64,000 nucleotides of DNA, taken from positions 169,522 through 233,521 of the forward strand of contig CAYSAW010000003.1 of assembly GCA_964429225.1 (NCBI GenBank). The letters are read 5' to 3'. Numbering within the stretch: position 1 is the stretch's first letter; each line of letters starts with the position of its first letter. The position numbers and the translations under genes were made by a program. Positions 18,647-28,769 of the stretch are shown one piece after another. Source of the stretch: an uncultured bacterium (GTDB lineage: Bacteria; Armatimonadota; DTGP01; CAYSAW01). The notes below the pieces were generated by a model. It searched no databases. It was not told where the DNA came from and was given only the letters and a program-made list of their open reading frames with translations.

Positions 18647-20851
18647 ATGCCTAAGATTAAGGTCACTATCCAAGAAAACGGGATTGACCGCGAAGTAGAG
18701 ATCGAGGTTCCAGAAGGTTCTGCCTCTTGGCCTAAACCGGAAGAGATGCAGGTTTTGGGGAAACCCCACCCCCGCCTGGAAGGCCCGGATAAGGTGACAG
18801 GGAAGGCAAAATATACCTATGATATTAACCTGCCGGGCATGCTCTATGGCAAAATCCTTCGCAGTCCCCACGCTCACGCCCGAATCCGCTCCCTTGACCT
18901 CAGCCCTGCGGAGAGGATGCCGGGGGTCAAAGCAGTGATCTCCTTTGACAAAGAAGTTGTTCGGTACTACGGAGAGGAGATCGCTGCGGTAGCGGCGGAG
19001 ACCGAAGCCCAAGCGGAAGATGCCTTGGAAGCTATCAAAGTGGAGTATGATCCCCTGCCTGCGGTCGCCCGAGAAGAAGATGCGATGAAAGAAGGCGCAC
19101 CTCAGGTATACCCCGACCGTCCGAACTACCGGCCGGTAACCCCATCAGAAGAGGGAGACGTGGATGCAGTCTTCGCCCGCAATGATGTGGTTGTTGTGGA
19201 AGCAGAGTATCGCACCCAGGTACAAACCCATTGCTGTCTGGAGACCCATGGTGTTGTCGCCAAATGGGATGATGATAACCATCTCACTGTCTGGGCCTCC
19301 ACCCAAGGCACCCATACCGTTCGGGGGGAACTTGCAGGCCGATTTAACCTCCCTGGCCCTAATGTCCGAGTGATCACCTGGCATATGGGAGGAGGCTTCG
19401 GAAGTAAGTTCGGTGCTGGCGTAGAAGGGGTCGCCGCAGCTCTCTTGGCCCAGAAGGCCGGCCGCCCAGTAAAGCTGATGCTGGATCGAAAAGAGGAACA
19501 ACTAGCTGTAGGAAACCGCCCCTCCAGCATCCAACGTCTCAAAGCAGCAGCCAGCAGAGAGGGAAAGCTCTTGGCCTATGAATGTCGAGCCTATGGAACA
19601 GCCGGCGTCTCTGGAGGGGCAGGTTTCCCTGCCCCTTACATCTACGTGGTTCCTAACCGACGAGTTGCCCAAGAAAATGTCTTCATCCACGCAGGGGGAG
19701 CCAGAGCTATGCGAGCTCCAGGCCATCCCCAAGCATCCTTCGGAATGGAATGCTTAATGGATGAACTAGCCCATAAACTAGGGATGGATCCCATCGAGTT
19801 CCGGAAGAAGAACCTAGGGAACAGCCCAATAGACAACATCCGCCGCCGACAATTTGACCTTGGTGCGGAGGCCATCGGTTGGAACACCCGGAGGAATAAG
19901 GTCCCCGGTGCCGGCTCTGGTCCCATTAAGCGGGGCATCGGCGTCGGTTGTGGCACCTGGGGCGGTGGAGGAGGCCCCGGCAACCAAGTCACCCTCCGCC
20001 TCCACCCGGATGGAAGTGTCGAGCTCCAAAGCGCCATTCAGGATTTGGGCACCGGCACCCGAACCGCCGCTGCCATTGTGGCTGCCGAGGAGCTGGGTAT
20101 CCAACCCCAACAGATTAAGGCCGACATCGGCGACACCCGGTTTGGACCCGCCACCGGTTCCGGTGGCTCCACCACCTTAGGGAGTTTGATCCCTGCAGTT
20201 AAAATGGCCGCCGCCAACGCCAAACAACAACTGTTCCAACGAGTTGCCCCCCTCCTTGGGGTAAAACCGGAAGATCTTATAGCCCGCAACGGGAAAATCC
20301 TGGTAAAAACCGACCCTAACAAAGGGATGACCTGGAAAGAAGCCTGCGCTAAGCTCGGGATGGATATTATCCAAGCGCAGGGTACCTGGGTCCCTGGCCT
20401 TAACACGAGTGGAGTTGCGGGAGTCCAATTCGTCGAGGTGGAGGTAGACACGGAAACCGGTCGGGTGCGCCCCATCAAAGTAGTGGCGGTCCAGGATTGT
20501 GGTCTCGTTGTCAACCCATTAACTGCTGAGAGTCAAATCATCAGCGGAGTCATCCAGGGATTGAGCTATGCCCTCCTGGAGAACCGCATATTGGATCGAG
20601 TGACGTGCCGGATGGTGAACGCTAACTTCGAGGATTACAAAGTGGTGGGGAGCTTTGAGGTTCCCGAAATCGTTCCCATCCTAATGAATATGCCTGAACG
20701 CGGGGTGATCGGTTTGGGAGAGCCTCCGGTAATCCCCACAGCAGGAGCGGTAGCCAACGCGGTGTTTAACGCGATCGGACAACGGATCCGGTCTCTGCCG
20801 ATTACCCCGGATAAAGTTCTCTCTGCTCTCGGAAAGGTGAAGGAGGCCTAA
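18647..20851 (+). CDS. molybdopterin-binding large subunit of a xanthine dehydrogenase / aldehyde oxidase family enzyme (PaoC-like)
   Basis: 734 aa, starting 1 nt after the 2Fe-2S subunit stop. Typical MoCo-subunit stretches are present (GGGFGSK, WHMGGGFG and the QxxG..E region). No signal peptide of its own, so export would be by Tat hitch-hiking on the small subunit. Confidence 0.9.
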   Translation: MPKIKVTIQENGIDREVEIEVPEGSASWPKPEEMQVLGKPHPRLEGPDKVTGKAKYTYDINLPGMLYGKILRSPHAHARIRSLDLSPAERMPGVKAVISFDKEVVRYYGEEIAAVAAETEAQAEDALEAIKVEYDPLPAVAREEDAMKEGAPQVYPDRPNYRPVTPSEEGDVDAVFARNDVVVVEAEYRTQVQTHCCLETHGVVAKWDDDNHLTVWASTQGTHTVRGELAGRFNLPGPNVRVITWHMGGGFGSKFGAGVEGVAAALLAQKAGRPVKLMLDRKEEQLAVGNRPSSIQRLKAAASREGKLLAYECRAYGTAGVSGGAGFPAPYIYVVPNRRVAQENVFIHAGGARAMRAPGHPQASFGMECLMDELAHKLGMDPIEFRKKNLGNSPIDNIRRRQFDLGAEAIGWNTRRNKVPGAGSGPIKRGIGVGCGTWGGGGGPGNQVTLRLHPDGSVELQSAIQDLGTGTRTAAAIVAAEELGIQPQQIKADIGDTRFGPATGSGGSTTLGSLIPAVKMAAANAKQQLFQRVAPLLGVKPEDLIARNGKILVKTDPNKGMTWKEACAKLGMDIIQAQGTWVPGLNTSGVAGVQFVEVEVDTETGRVRPIKVVAVQDCGLVVNPLTAESQIISGVIQGLSYALLENRILDRVTCRMVNANFEDYKVVGSFEVPEIVPILMNMPERGVIGLGEPPVIPTAGAVANAVFNAIGQRIRSLPITPDKVLSALGKVKEA

Positions 20852-20855
20852 GAGA

Positions 20856-21857
20856 ATGAAAGCCTTCGAGTTTGTTCAACCAACTTCCATCCAACAAGCG
20901 ATCCAGATGCTGTCCCCCGGCCGATCAAAAGCGGTGGTTTTAGCAGGAGGCGTGGACCTTCTCGGGGAGCTGAAGGAACGAATCCTTACCCCGGATCGAG
21001 TGATCAACCTTAAAACCATTCCGGGATTAGATAAAATCCAAGTTACTCCCCAAGGACTCCGAATGGGCGCAGTGGTAACCCTCTCGGAGATCGAGGAGCA
21101 CCCCACTATCCGTAAGCAATATCAATGTTTGGCGGAGGCAGCGGGCACAGTAGGCTCCGTACAGATCCGGAACCAGGGAACTATCGGAGGCAATTTATGC
21201 CAACGCCCAAGATGCTGGTACTATCGAAGTCGGGAGCATGTTTGCCTCAAAAAGGGAGGAGGCGTTTGCTTTGCCATCGCTGGGGAAAACCGCTACCACG
21301 CCATCCTCGGAGGCGGCCCCCCTTTTATCGTCCACCCCTCCGATTGTGCCCCTGCTCTCATCGCCTTAGGAGCACGGGTCAAGATCGCCGGTCCTAAGGG
21401 AACCCGGGAAGTTCCCCTGGAAAACTTCTTCTTGCTTCCCTCCCAGGGAGGCATCCTGAAGGAGAATATCCTCCAACCCAACGAGATCCTTACCGAAGTC
21501 TTTGTCCCTACGCCCCAACCCGGTACTCGTAGTGTCTACCTGAAGTTCAATGAGAAAGGGACAATGGACTTCGCCCTTTCGTCAGCAGCCGTTGTCTTAG
21601 TGATGCAAGGGAATAAAGTCCAAGATGCCCGGATTGTCCTAGGAGGAGTAGCCCCCATTCCCTGGAGAGCTCGATCTGCCGAAGCAGTGTTGAAGGGTAA
21701 AACCCTCTCGCCTCAAGTCGCCGAGACCGCGGGAAAAGTCAGCACTCAAGGAGCTACCCCCTTGCGAGATAATGCCTATAAAGTGCCCTTAACTCAAGCA
21801 ATTGTTAAACGGGCCATCTTGGCTGCCGCTTCGGGGAAGCCCGGGGGCATCCTCTAA
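20856..21857 (+). CDS. FAD-binding subunit of a molybdopterin dehydrogenase with a 4-Cys [4Fe-4S] insert (PaoB-like)
   Basis: FAD_binding_5-like N-terminus (AVVLAGGVDLL) and the CO-dehydrogenase flavoprotein C-terminus. CQRPRCWYYRSREHVCLKKGGGVC supplies 4 Cys as in E. coli PaoB. Confidence 0.85.
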   Translation: MKAFEFVQPTSIQQAIQMLSPGRSKAVVLAGGVDLLGELKERILTPDRVINLKTIPGLDKIQVTPQGLRMGAVVTLSEIEEHPTIRKQYQCLAEAAGTVGSVQIRNQGTIGGNLCQRPRCWYYRSREHVCLKKGGGVCFAIAGENRYHAILGGGPPFIVHPSDCAPALIALGARVKIAGPKGTREVPLENFFLLPSQGGILKENILQPNEILTEVFVPTPQPGTRSVYLKFNEKGTMDFALSSAAVVLVMQGNKVQDARIVLGGVAPIPWRARSAEAVLKGKTLSPQVAETAGKVSTQGATPLRDNAYKVPLTQAIVKRAILAAASGKPGGIL

Positions 21858-21951
21858 AAGAAGATCGCTTCGGTTTTCCAACACCCGAAGCTAACACTAA
21901 CCTACCAGTGAAAAGAACCTCTCCCAAGAGGTTCCTATAAGGAGGAAAGAG

Positions 21952-22290
21952 ATGCCTGTGGATCTCTCGGCCCTTATCGAGCAATTGAAACGATTAAGCC
22001 CGCAGGAACGGGAGGAACTTCTTCAACAAGTTCCTGAATTAAGAGGAGGTGCTTCCTCTCAAGAAGAACCCTTAGTAACTGTTCGGATTGAGAAGCCTCC
22101 CCCTCCAGGGCTATGTCAACACCTCCGAACGAAAAAAATGTACCTTGCCGGAGTAGCTGACCCCTTTGAGGACTCCGGCAGCACAGTCTACTGGTGTATG
22201 AAAACGATGACCTGCCCCGGAGCCGACGGAGGCTTTGTAAGTCCAGAAGATTGCCGGGAACATCGCCCCTGCTTTGAACCACGCGACTAG
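21952..22290 (+). CDS. small hypothetical protein (112 aa) with a helical N-terminus ending in GG and a Cys-containing C-terminal part
   Basis: Strong RBS (TAAGGAGGAAAGAG-ATG). No recognised domain. A bidirectional terminator follows. Confidence 0.5.
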   Translation: MPVDLSALIEQLKRLSPQEREELLQQVPELRGGASSQEEPLVTVRIEKPPPPGLCQHLRTKKMYLAGVADPFEDSGSTVYWCMKTMTCPGADGGFVSPEDCREHRPCFEPRD

Positions 22291-22303
22291 GAAACAGAAG
22301 GCA

Positions 22304-22350
22304 GTAGGCAGGAGAGGGCATCCCTCCTGCCTACTGCCTTTCCCCTTTAA
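22304..22350. terminator. bidirectional intrinsic terminator between convergent genes
   Basis: 15-bp perfect inverted repeat GGCAGTAGGCAGGAG-(9 nt)-CTCCTGCCTACTGCC followed by TTTCCCCTTTAAT. Confidence 0.6.
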
Positions 22351-23896
22351 TACCCCCTTCCTGGGATATTAAAGCCCAATTTAACCCTAAGAGGGACCCT
22401 AAAACGGGAGAAGAGGAAACCCAGTTTAAATTCCCTGACCAGATGCCCAAAAAGATGGAACTTATCAAAGCGCAAGCCAATCCTTTCGCTAAAATGAGAG
22501 CTTCCCCTCCCCTCTGAAAAGCGGTCTGCACCAGCAAACGAAGCGCTCGCCAGTAGAGGATAGACATCGCTAAAAGTCCAAGAATACCCATCTTCACCAG
22601 ATAGAAGAGGATACTATTGTGGATATGATCGCTAGGAAGGGTACGCCCCTCTACCGGATCGAAGAAATAAAAACGGTACCCCAACCCCCGGCCCAAGAAG
22701 GGAGACTGCAACCACTCCTGAAAAGCCACTGAAGCTTCGGAAAGCCGAGCTGCCTGTGAGGGGTCTCTCGCCCCCCGAAAAAAGCTCCGAACACGTTCCA
22801 CAAGGAGCTGCTGAACCGAAACATTGCCGGCAAAAAGCTCCACAAAACGGGGTAAGACCAAAACCAAGAAGAACCCTAGGACTAACATCAACCCAAAGGC
22901 ACGCTGGCGCTTCCGTAAATCTAAATAAAAGAGGGAAAGGCTATAACCAAGGAGGAATTGCGCCCATACCGAGCGTGTGAAAGATACCAAAATCCCCAAC
23001 CCCAAGAACCCCTGGAGGGGAAGATGAAAACTCGCTGGCAGTACCCTCAACCGATATAAGCTGGCAAAGAAGAGAATCAAACTCGCAAAGACAATCGTTC
23101 CCGTGGGAATTCCTACATCTCGAACAGAAGAGATCTCCAAAAACCCCGATAAACGACCAAAGAAGGTAATCACCTGCTGTAAGGCCACAAGGATTCCTGC
23201 AATCACCAAAGCATAAGCGAGGAGTTTGACCTGCCGAGGATGACCAATAAGGTGGCTAGTGAGGTAAAAGCTTCCAAGAAAATAAACCAAGGTACGCAGG
23301 TCCCTTAAAAGCTGATAAGAGGAATTCCCCTGAGCTATCCCCCAAAAAGCACTCAACAGAAGCACGCCCACCATTAGAAGAAAGGGCCATCGAAAAGGCC
23401 GGGGGAAAGCTGAAGGAATGGGAGGGGAAATCCCCCTCCTGGAAGTTAGAAGTTGAAAGAAACCCGATAGAAAAGTCGCAAAGACCACCAAATCTAACAA
23501 ACTTAAAGGAAGACCTTTAGGGGAAACTCCCTCCAACTCCAAGCGATACTCCAACATTAAATTGTAATTTACCCCTGCAGAAAGTAATAAAAGGAAGAAC
23601 AAGCTATACTCAAAGCGGTAAAACCCTAAACCGAAGAGGAAGAGACCCAACAAACCTAAACAGGTCACCTCCAGGCCAGCAAAGGAGGAGATCGCCAGGA
23701 GAGTAAGGGCAACTCCTAAAAGGAGAAGAGTTCCATAGCGTTGTAAGGAAGAACGATAGGAGGAGAGAGGCAGAGGAGATGAAGTTCGAAACATCCGCAA
23801 ACCCTTTGAACCCACTATCCTCCCTTCCCCCTTATAAAAGGAGGCCAGGGAGATAAAGTAGCAGGGGGTAGACCTTTGAATTCGGGTAAGGTACAA
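22331..23896 (-). CDS. polytopic membrane protein, possibly of the O-antigen ligase / Wzy-like family
   Basis: At least 10 hydrophobic helices. TTG start at 23896 with no clear alternative. The family assignment is tentative. Confidence 0.4.
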   Translation of the reverse strand: MYLTRIQRSTPCYFISLASFYKGEGRIVGSKGLRMFRTSSPLPLSSYRSSLQRYGTLLLLGVALTLLAISSFAGLEVTCLGLLGLFLFGLGFYRFEYSLFFLLLLSAGVNYNLMLEYRLELEGVSPKGLPLSLLDLVVFATFLSGFFQLLTSRRGISPPIPSAFPRPFRWPFLLMVGVLLLSAFWGIAQGNSSYQLLRDLRTLVYFLGSFYLTSHLIGHPRQVKLLAYALVIAGILVALQQVITFFGRLSGFLEISSVRDVGIPTGTIVFASLILFFASLYRLRVLPASFHLPLQGFLGLGILVSFTRSVWAQFLLGYSLSLFYLDLRKRQRAFGLMLVLGFFLVLVLPRFVELFAGNVSVQQLLVERVRSFFRGARDPSQAARLSEASVAFQEWLQSPFLGRGLGYRFYFFDPVEGRTLPSDHIHNSILFYLVKMGILGLLAMSILYWRALRLLVQTAFQRGGEALILAKGLACALISSIFLGIWSGNLNWVSSSPVLGSLLGLNWALISQEGGIKGERQ

Positions 23897-24015
23897 GGCT
23901 TTGATCCTAGCTTAAAAAGCTTACCTTTCTAAAACCCTTTTTCTTGAGGCCTACCCCAATCTCCCTTTACTTCCTCTCGCTAGGAAGTTACTTCCTCCTT
24001 CTGTCTTGTTAAGAC

Positions 24016-26334
24016 CTACTCTGAGCGTTTCGGGCGGAAGGAGACTCCTACACCAGGCTCCGAATCTCTCTTCCCAGGGCCTGTTGGCTTGCGACCTCGC
24101 AACTCCGGCTTCTCAGGTCCTCTGGGGCCGGCAGGGGAGCGAGGAGGTCCTCCCATAGGCCTGCGCACTCCTGGTCTCGCTCCCATCCGATCTGGTTGGG
24201 GTGCAGAAGGGCGGGAAATTTCGGCTACAGGTTCTCTCTCCTCCTCCGCTTCAGCAGTGGGGATACCTTTACAAGTCAGGTTGATTCTTCCTTGAGCATC
24301 AATCTCGGCTACCCTTACGAGAATTTCATCACCCACATGAAGGGCCTCCTCAATTCTCCGAACCCGGGGCATTCCCAATTCGGTCAAGCGCAGAAGGCCC
24401 TCGCGTCCCGGAAGAATCTCCACAAAAGCCCCAAAATTCATCAACCGAGTAACCCGACCGGGATAAATCTCACCTACTCGGACCTCCCGGGTAATATCCT
24501 CAATCATCCGTTTCGCCCGCTCTCCCGCTTCTGCATCTACACAGGCAATGTACACTTTCCCATCTTGTTCAATCTCGATCTTAGCCCCAGTCTCCGCCTG
24601 GATCTTCTTGATCACCTTACCTCCAGGGCCAATCACGTCTCCAATCTTATCCGGATGGATTTCCACAATAAAGATTCGGGGAGCATAAGGGGAGAGGGTC
24701 TCCCGAGGGGCTGGTATCGTCGCTAGCATCTTATCTAGAATATAGAGACGGGCTTGTCGAGCTTGTTCCAAGCCATCCCGAAGGATGTCGAGGCTTACCC
24801 CCCGAATTTTGCAATCCATCTGAAGGGCAGTAATCCCCGTTTGAGTACCCGCTACCTTAAAGTCCATATCGCCACCAAAGTCCTCCATCCCCTGGATGTC
24901 GGTTAAGACCGCATAACGATCCCCTTCCGTCATCAAACCCATAGCAATACCTGCGACTGGAGCCGTGATCTTAACCCCTGCATCCATTAAAGCCAGGGTG
25001 GAGCCACAAACCGAGGCCATAGAGGTGGATCCATTCGATTCAAGAACTTCAGAGACCAAACGGATGACATAAGGGAAATCCTCAGTGGAGGGGATCATCC
25101 CTCGAATAGCTCGTTCAGCTAGAGCTCCGTGACCAATCTCCCGCCGACCAGGTCCCCTTAAAGGTCGGCACTCCCCTACCGAGAAGGGGGGAAAATTGTA
25201 GTGATGGATAAACCGCTTGGAGGTCTCAGGGCTGATACTATCTAACACCTGCTCCTCTTCCAGAGACCCTAAAGTGACGGTCGTAAGCACCTGGGTTTGC
25301 CCTCGGGTGAAGAGAGCAGAACCATGTACCCTGGGGCATACCCCCACCTCACAAGAGATAGGTCGTACCTCATCTACTTTCCGACCATCCGGGCGCCGGC
25401 CATAATCCAACACGAGTCTTCGGACCGCCTCTTTAACCACCTTATCCACCGCAAGGGCCAGGTCCATCTCTTTATCGGGGAATTGAGGAAGAAGACGCTC
25501 AAAAATCTCCCCCTGAAGTTCAGTAATCCCTGCTTCCCGAGCCACTTTATCCGGGTTTTGGATAGCGGCGAAGATCTCTTCGCCCGCCGTATCTCGCACT
25601 GCTTGGAGGACAAGAGGGTCTCCGGTGATGAGAATGGGGGTAGCTTTAGGCCGCCCCACCTCCTCCACTAATCGCTCTTGAAGCTCGATAATCCTCCGAA
25701 TGATCTGATGACCAAAGGCGATAGCATCAAGGACTTCAGCTTCGGTCACCTGCAAAGCGCCGGCTTCAATCGTGGTGATCGCTTCCTTAGTACCAGCAAC
25801 AACTAAGTCAAGGTCACCCTGCTCCAACTGAGCGTAAGTAGGAAAAGCAATCAATCGACCTTCAACTAGCCCCACTCGTACGGCACCGATAGGGCCATCG
25901 AAGGGGATATCGGAGATGGCCAAGGCAGAGGAAGCCCCGATCATCGCTAAAACATCCGGGGGATTCTGCATATCTACCGAAAGGGGCATACCAATGATCT
26001 GAACGTCATTCCGCATCCCCTCGGGAAACAAAGGACGGATTGGCCGATCCATCAAACGGGCAGTGAGGATGGCTTTTTCTGTAGGACGACCTTCGCGTTT
26101 GCTAAAACTTCCAGGGATCTTCCCAGCGGCATACATCCGCTCCTCAAAATCACAAGTCAGAGGGAAGAAATCGGTACCCTCTCGGACGATGGGCGACATC
26201 ACCGCAGTTACTAAGACCATCGTATCTCCCAGGCGAACGACCACTGCGCCATTAGCCTGTTTTGCTACCCGGCCTGTTTCAATAATCAATTCTCGCCCGT
26301 CTTCTAGGGGCCATTTTACAGTGTACTCTTTCAT
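24016..26334 (-). CDS. pnp: polyribonucleotide nucleotidyltransferase (PNPase) with an Arg/Gly/Pro-rich C-terminal tail
   Basis: Two RNase PH domains, a KH domain and an S1 domain (GRVTRLMNFGAFVEI). About 80 extra C-terminal residues are rich in R, G and P. Confidence 0.95.
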   Translation of the reverse strand: MKEYTVKWPLEDGRELIIETGRVAKQANGAVVVRLGDTMVLVTAVMSPIVREGTDFFPLTCDFEERMYAAGKIPGSFSKREGRPTEKAILTARLMDRPIRPLFPEGMRNDVQIIGMPLSVDMQNPPDVLAMIGASSALAISDIPFDGPIGAVRVGLVEGRLIAFPTYAQLEQGDLDLVVAGTKEAITTIEAGALQVTEAEVLDAIAFGHQIIRRIIELQERLVEEVGRPKATPILITGDPLVLQAVRDTAGEEIFAAIQNPDKVAREAGITELQGEIFERLLPQFPDKEMDLALAVDKVVKEAVRRLVLDYGRRPDGRKVDEVRPISCEVGVCPRVHGSALFTRGQTQVLTTVTLGSLEEEQVLDSISPETSKRFIHHYNFPPFSVGECRPLRGPGRREIGHGALAERAIRGMIPSTEDFPYVIRLVSEVLESNGSTSMASVCGSTLALMDAGVKITAPVAGIAMGLMTEGDRYAVLTDIQGMEDFGGDMDFKVAGTQTGITALQMDCKIRGVSLDILRDGLEQARQARLYILDKMLATIPAPRETLSPYAPRIFIVEIHPDKIGDVIGPGGKVIKKIQAETGAKIEIEQDGKVYIACVDAEAGERAKRMIEDITREVRVGEIYPGRVTRLMNFGAFVEILPGREGLLRLTELGMPRVRRIEEALHVGDEILVRVAEIDAQGRINLTCKGIPTAEAEEEREPVAEISRPSAPQPDRMGARPGVRRPMGGPPRSPAGPRGPEKPELRGRKPTGPGKRDSEPGVGVSFRPKRSE

Positions 26335-26638
26335 CCTTCATCCTTCTCTCTCAAGTGCCCATCCCCCTAGCCCCCTTGATAAGGGGGAATGCGGGATAAG
26401 GAAGCAAGATCCTAGGGCACTTCCCTTTTCCTGTGGGGTTAAGCCTGCCAAGCAGACTTTTGCTCTGCGAAAGAACTGATAGCTCAACAGAGATAAAGGT
26501 ATCGAGGGAGGATTTACCCGTAGGCCTCCACCCGGCCGGGAGGGGGAGAAGAATCTACTCTAACACTGGATAGCCTCTTTAGAAAACAAGGGGTTTTAAG
26601 CTCATCCCCTAAAGCCTAGTTTTCTAGCTTACCCCAAG

Positions 26639-26675
26639 AACAAAAAGAGGCGAAGACAGCCCCTCGGCTGTCCCC
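26639..26675 (-). terminator. possible rpsO attenuator/terminator hairpin ahead of the pnp leader
   Basis: On the minus strand GACAGCC-GAGG-GGCTGTC is followed 6 nt later by TCTTTTTGTT. This is analogous to the partial terminator between rpsO and pnp in E. coli. Confidence 0.35.
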
Positions 26676-26716
26676 AAGGAAACAACTTTTCATCTGACCT
26701 TCAACGAAAACCGAGG

Positions 26717-26992
26717 CTATAGCTTTCGGCGGATACCGAGCTTTGCAGTTAACTCCCGATACTTTGCTGGATTATTTCTCCAAAGATAGCGGAGCAACCG
26801 GTCCCGATGGCCAACCATCATTAAAAGGCCTCGGCGAGAGTGATAATCTTTAGGATGAACCTTCAAATGCTCGGTCAATTGCTGAATTCGGGCGGTTAAC
26901 AAAGCTATCTGGACTTCCGGGGAACCGGTATCTTTCTCGTGCTGGCGGTGCTCCGCGATAATCCGCTCCTTCTGCTCCTTGAGCAACGGCAT
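26717..26992 (-). CDS. rpsO: 30S ribosomal protein S15
   Basis: The full length matches S15 ([40 protein letters not shown]). It sits in the conserved rpsO-pnp arrangement. Confidence 0.95.
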   Translation of the reverse strand: MPLLKEQKERIIAEHRQHEKDTGSPEVQIALLTARIQQLTEHLKVHPKDYHSRRGLLMMVGHRDRLLRYLWRNNPAKYRELTAKLGIRRKL

Positions 26993-27350
26993 TGATCCTA
27001 AATCCTCCTCTGTCCCTCAATACCTTTATCTCAAAGAAAATCATAACATACCTCGAAGTTTGCTGTCAAAAACCAGGGAGAAAATCCTTCAACCTTTCTC
27101 CCCTGCCCAGGTCTGTGGTATGCTTCAATGTAAGTATGAACTCATCTCAAAACCCTCCAGGCGATGATGAAGCAAGCCAGGATCAGGAAGCCCAGGAAGG
27201 TGGAGAGCCTCCTTTCATACCTCACCGCAGCCTCCGAAAGCCCCCTTAAGCCACCCAGGTAAATCTCAACCTACAACGGGTTCTGGTAGTAGGAACACTC
27301 GGCTAGGTACTCCTACCTTGACGGTAGAAAGAGGGATCGGCCGAGGTCCT

Positions 27351-28658
27351 TTAATCCGGCAGAGGCTTGCCTTTGGTCTCCGGGGCAATTAGAGTTACCC
27401 CAATCCCCAGGAGGTAAATAAAGGCGACTACAGAAGCGGCGGTACGAATACTCCCCAAAGAGGCGGATAAGGCTCCCAAAGCAAAAGGCGCTAGAGCAGC
27501 TAAGAAACGCCCCCCGTTGTAACAAACTCCACAACCAGTGGCCCGGACCCGGGTGGGGAAGAGCTCCGGGAAATAAACAGTATAACCTGCGAAAGGCCCC
27601 AAAGTACAAAAACCTAGTAAAGGGAACCAAATCATTGCTTGCCAGAAAGTATAGACATATTGAAAGGTCCCCTGAAGGGCTAAGAAAGAGAGGAGGAAAA
27701 AAAGCACAAAGGCAAACCTTCGATTAGTCTTCTCAGTAACCACGGTAAAGGTGTACATCCCTAAAGCAGCTCCCACTTGTTGAACAAAAAAAGTAATACT
27801 ACGATAAGTTGCCAGCGATCTCTCCGGCAAACCCTTAAGAGCGATAGTAAGAAGATCAGGAGACCAGAATCCGATACCCCAAAGTCCACCTACTCCAGCC
27901 ACTGCCATCAGAGTTCCTACAATTGTATTGCGTCGAAGCAGAGGGTCCCGGAAGAGGTCTCGAAGGGCACCCACTTCCTGATGTTGGGCTATTGCGGTTT
28001 CCTTCGCTTTCTGCCACCGTTCTGGTTCCCGAAGGGAACGGCGAATCCAAAAGACTAAAAGAGCCGGGAGAGCTCCTACCCAAAAGACTGCCCGCCAACC
28101 TAAGCCTATCTGAGCCAGTACCAAAGTGACCACTGCGGCCATCATATTGCCTACCGCCGAAAGAGCTTGTAAAAAGCCCAGGGCCATAGACCGAGAGCGT
28201 TCAGGAAAGACTTCAGCAATTAAAGAGGCACCTGCAGCCCACTCCCCTCCCACTCCCAGAGCGGTCATAAACCGGTAAAAGGCCAATTCCTGCCAGCTGC
28301 GCGCGATCCCAGATAAACCGGTAAAACCCGCATAAATCAGGATTGTTAGAATCATCGCCCGAGTACGTCCTAAGCGATCCCCGAGGACCCCAAAAAGGAA
28401 CCCTCCCAAAGCCCAACCGACAAGGAAGATCGAAGTAATATACCCTCCATAACGGTTGACCTCCCTCTGAAGTGGGCCAGAAGTTCCCTGAGCAAGAATC
28501 AACTCCCTCACAGCGGGTTGACGCACCAAGTTGAAAAGATTCTGATCCATCGTATCAAAAAGCCAGCCTAAGGCAGAGAGGGTCAATACTACCCAGTGAT
28601 AACGGGTAAGGCCCTGCCACCATTTTAAAGGAGTTCTCGATCTTTCAGCAGATCGCAC
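27351..28658 (-). CDS. MFS transporter
   Basis: 12 TM segments. MFS signature GVLGDRLGRTR. GTG start. Confidence 0.8.
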   Translation of the reverse strand: MRSAERSRTPLKWWQGLTRYHWVVLTLSALGWLFDTMDQNLFNLVRQPAVRELILAQGTSGPLQREVNRYGGYITSIFLVGWALGGFLFGVLGDRLGRTRAMILTILIYAGFTGLSGIARSWQELAFYRFMTALGVGGEWAAGASLIAEVFPERSRSMALGFLQALSAVGNMMAAVVTLVLAQIGLGWRAVFWVGALPALLVFWIRRSLREPERWQKAKETAIAQHQEVGALRDLFRDPLLRRNTIVGTLMAVAGVGGLWGIGFWSPDLLTIALKGLPERSLATYRSITFFVQQVGAALGMYTFTVVTEKTNRRFAFVLFFLLSFLALQGTFQYVYTFWQAMIWFPLLGFCTLGPFAGYTVYFPELFPTRVRATGCGVCYNGGRFLAALAPFALGALSASLGSIRTAASVVAFIYLLGIGVTLIAPETKGKPLPD

Positions 28659-28757
28659 CTTGGTTACCTCTCAAAAAGGTCTTCCTCCCTAGAAAAAGAG
28701 AGCCTCCCCCATCTCTCTTTTCGATGCGGGGGCCCCATTTCCTGAAATTCCATAATA

Positions 28758-28769
28758 GAACATATGTTC
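28758..28769. promoter_or_regulatory. Cheo-box-like perfect palindrome GAACATATGTTC (GAAC-N4-GTTC SOS-box type)
   Basis: Perfect 12-bp palindrome in the divergent intergenic region. It is 100 nt upstream of the MFS gene (27351..28658, minus) and 295 nt upstream of the sigma r4-like gene. Confidence 0.35.

Noticed and set aside
21952-22290. A full RiPP biosynthetic cluster around the GG-leader-like small protein
   Set aside because: No modifying enzymes, protease or transporter are adjacent. It remains a weak single-gene observation.
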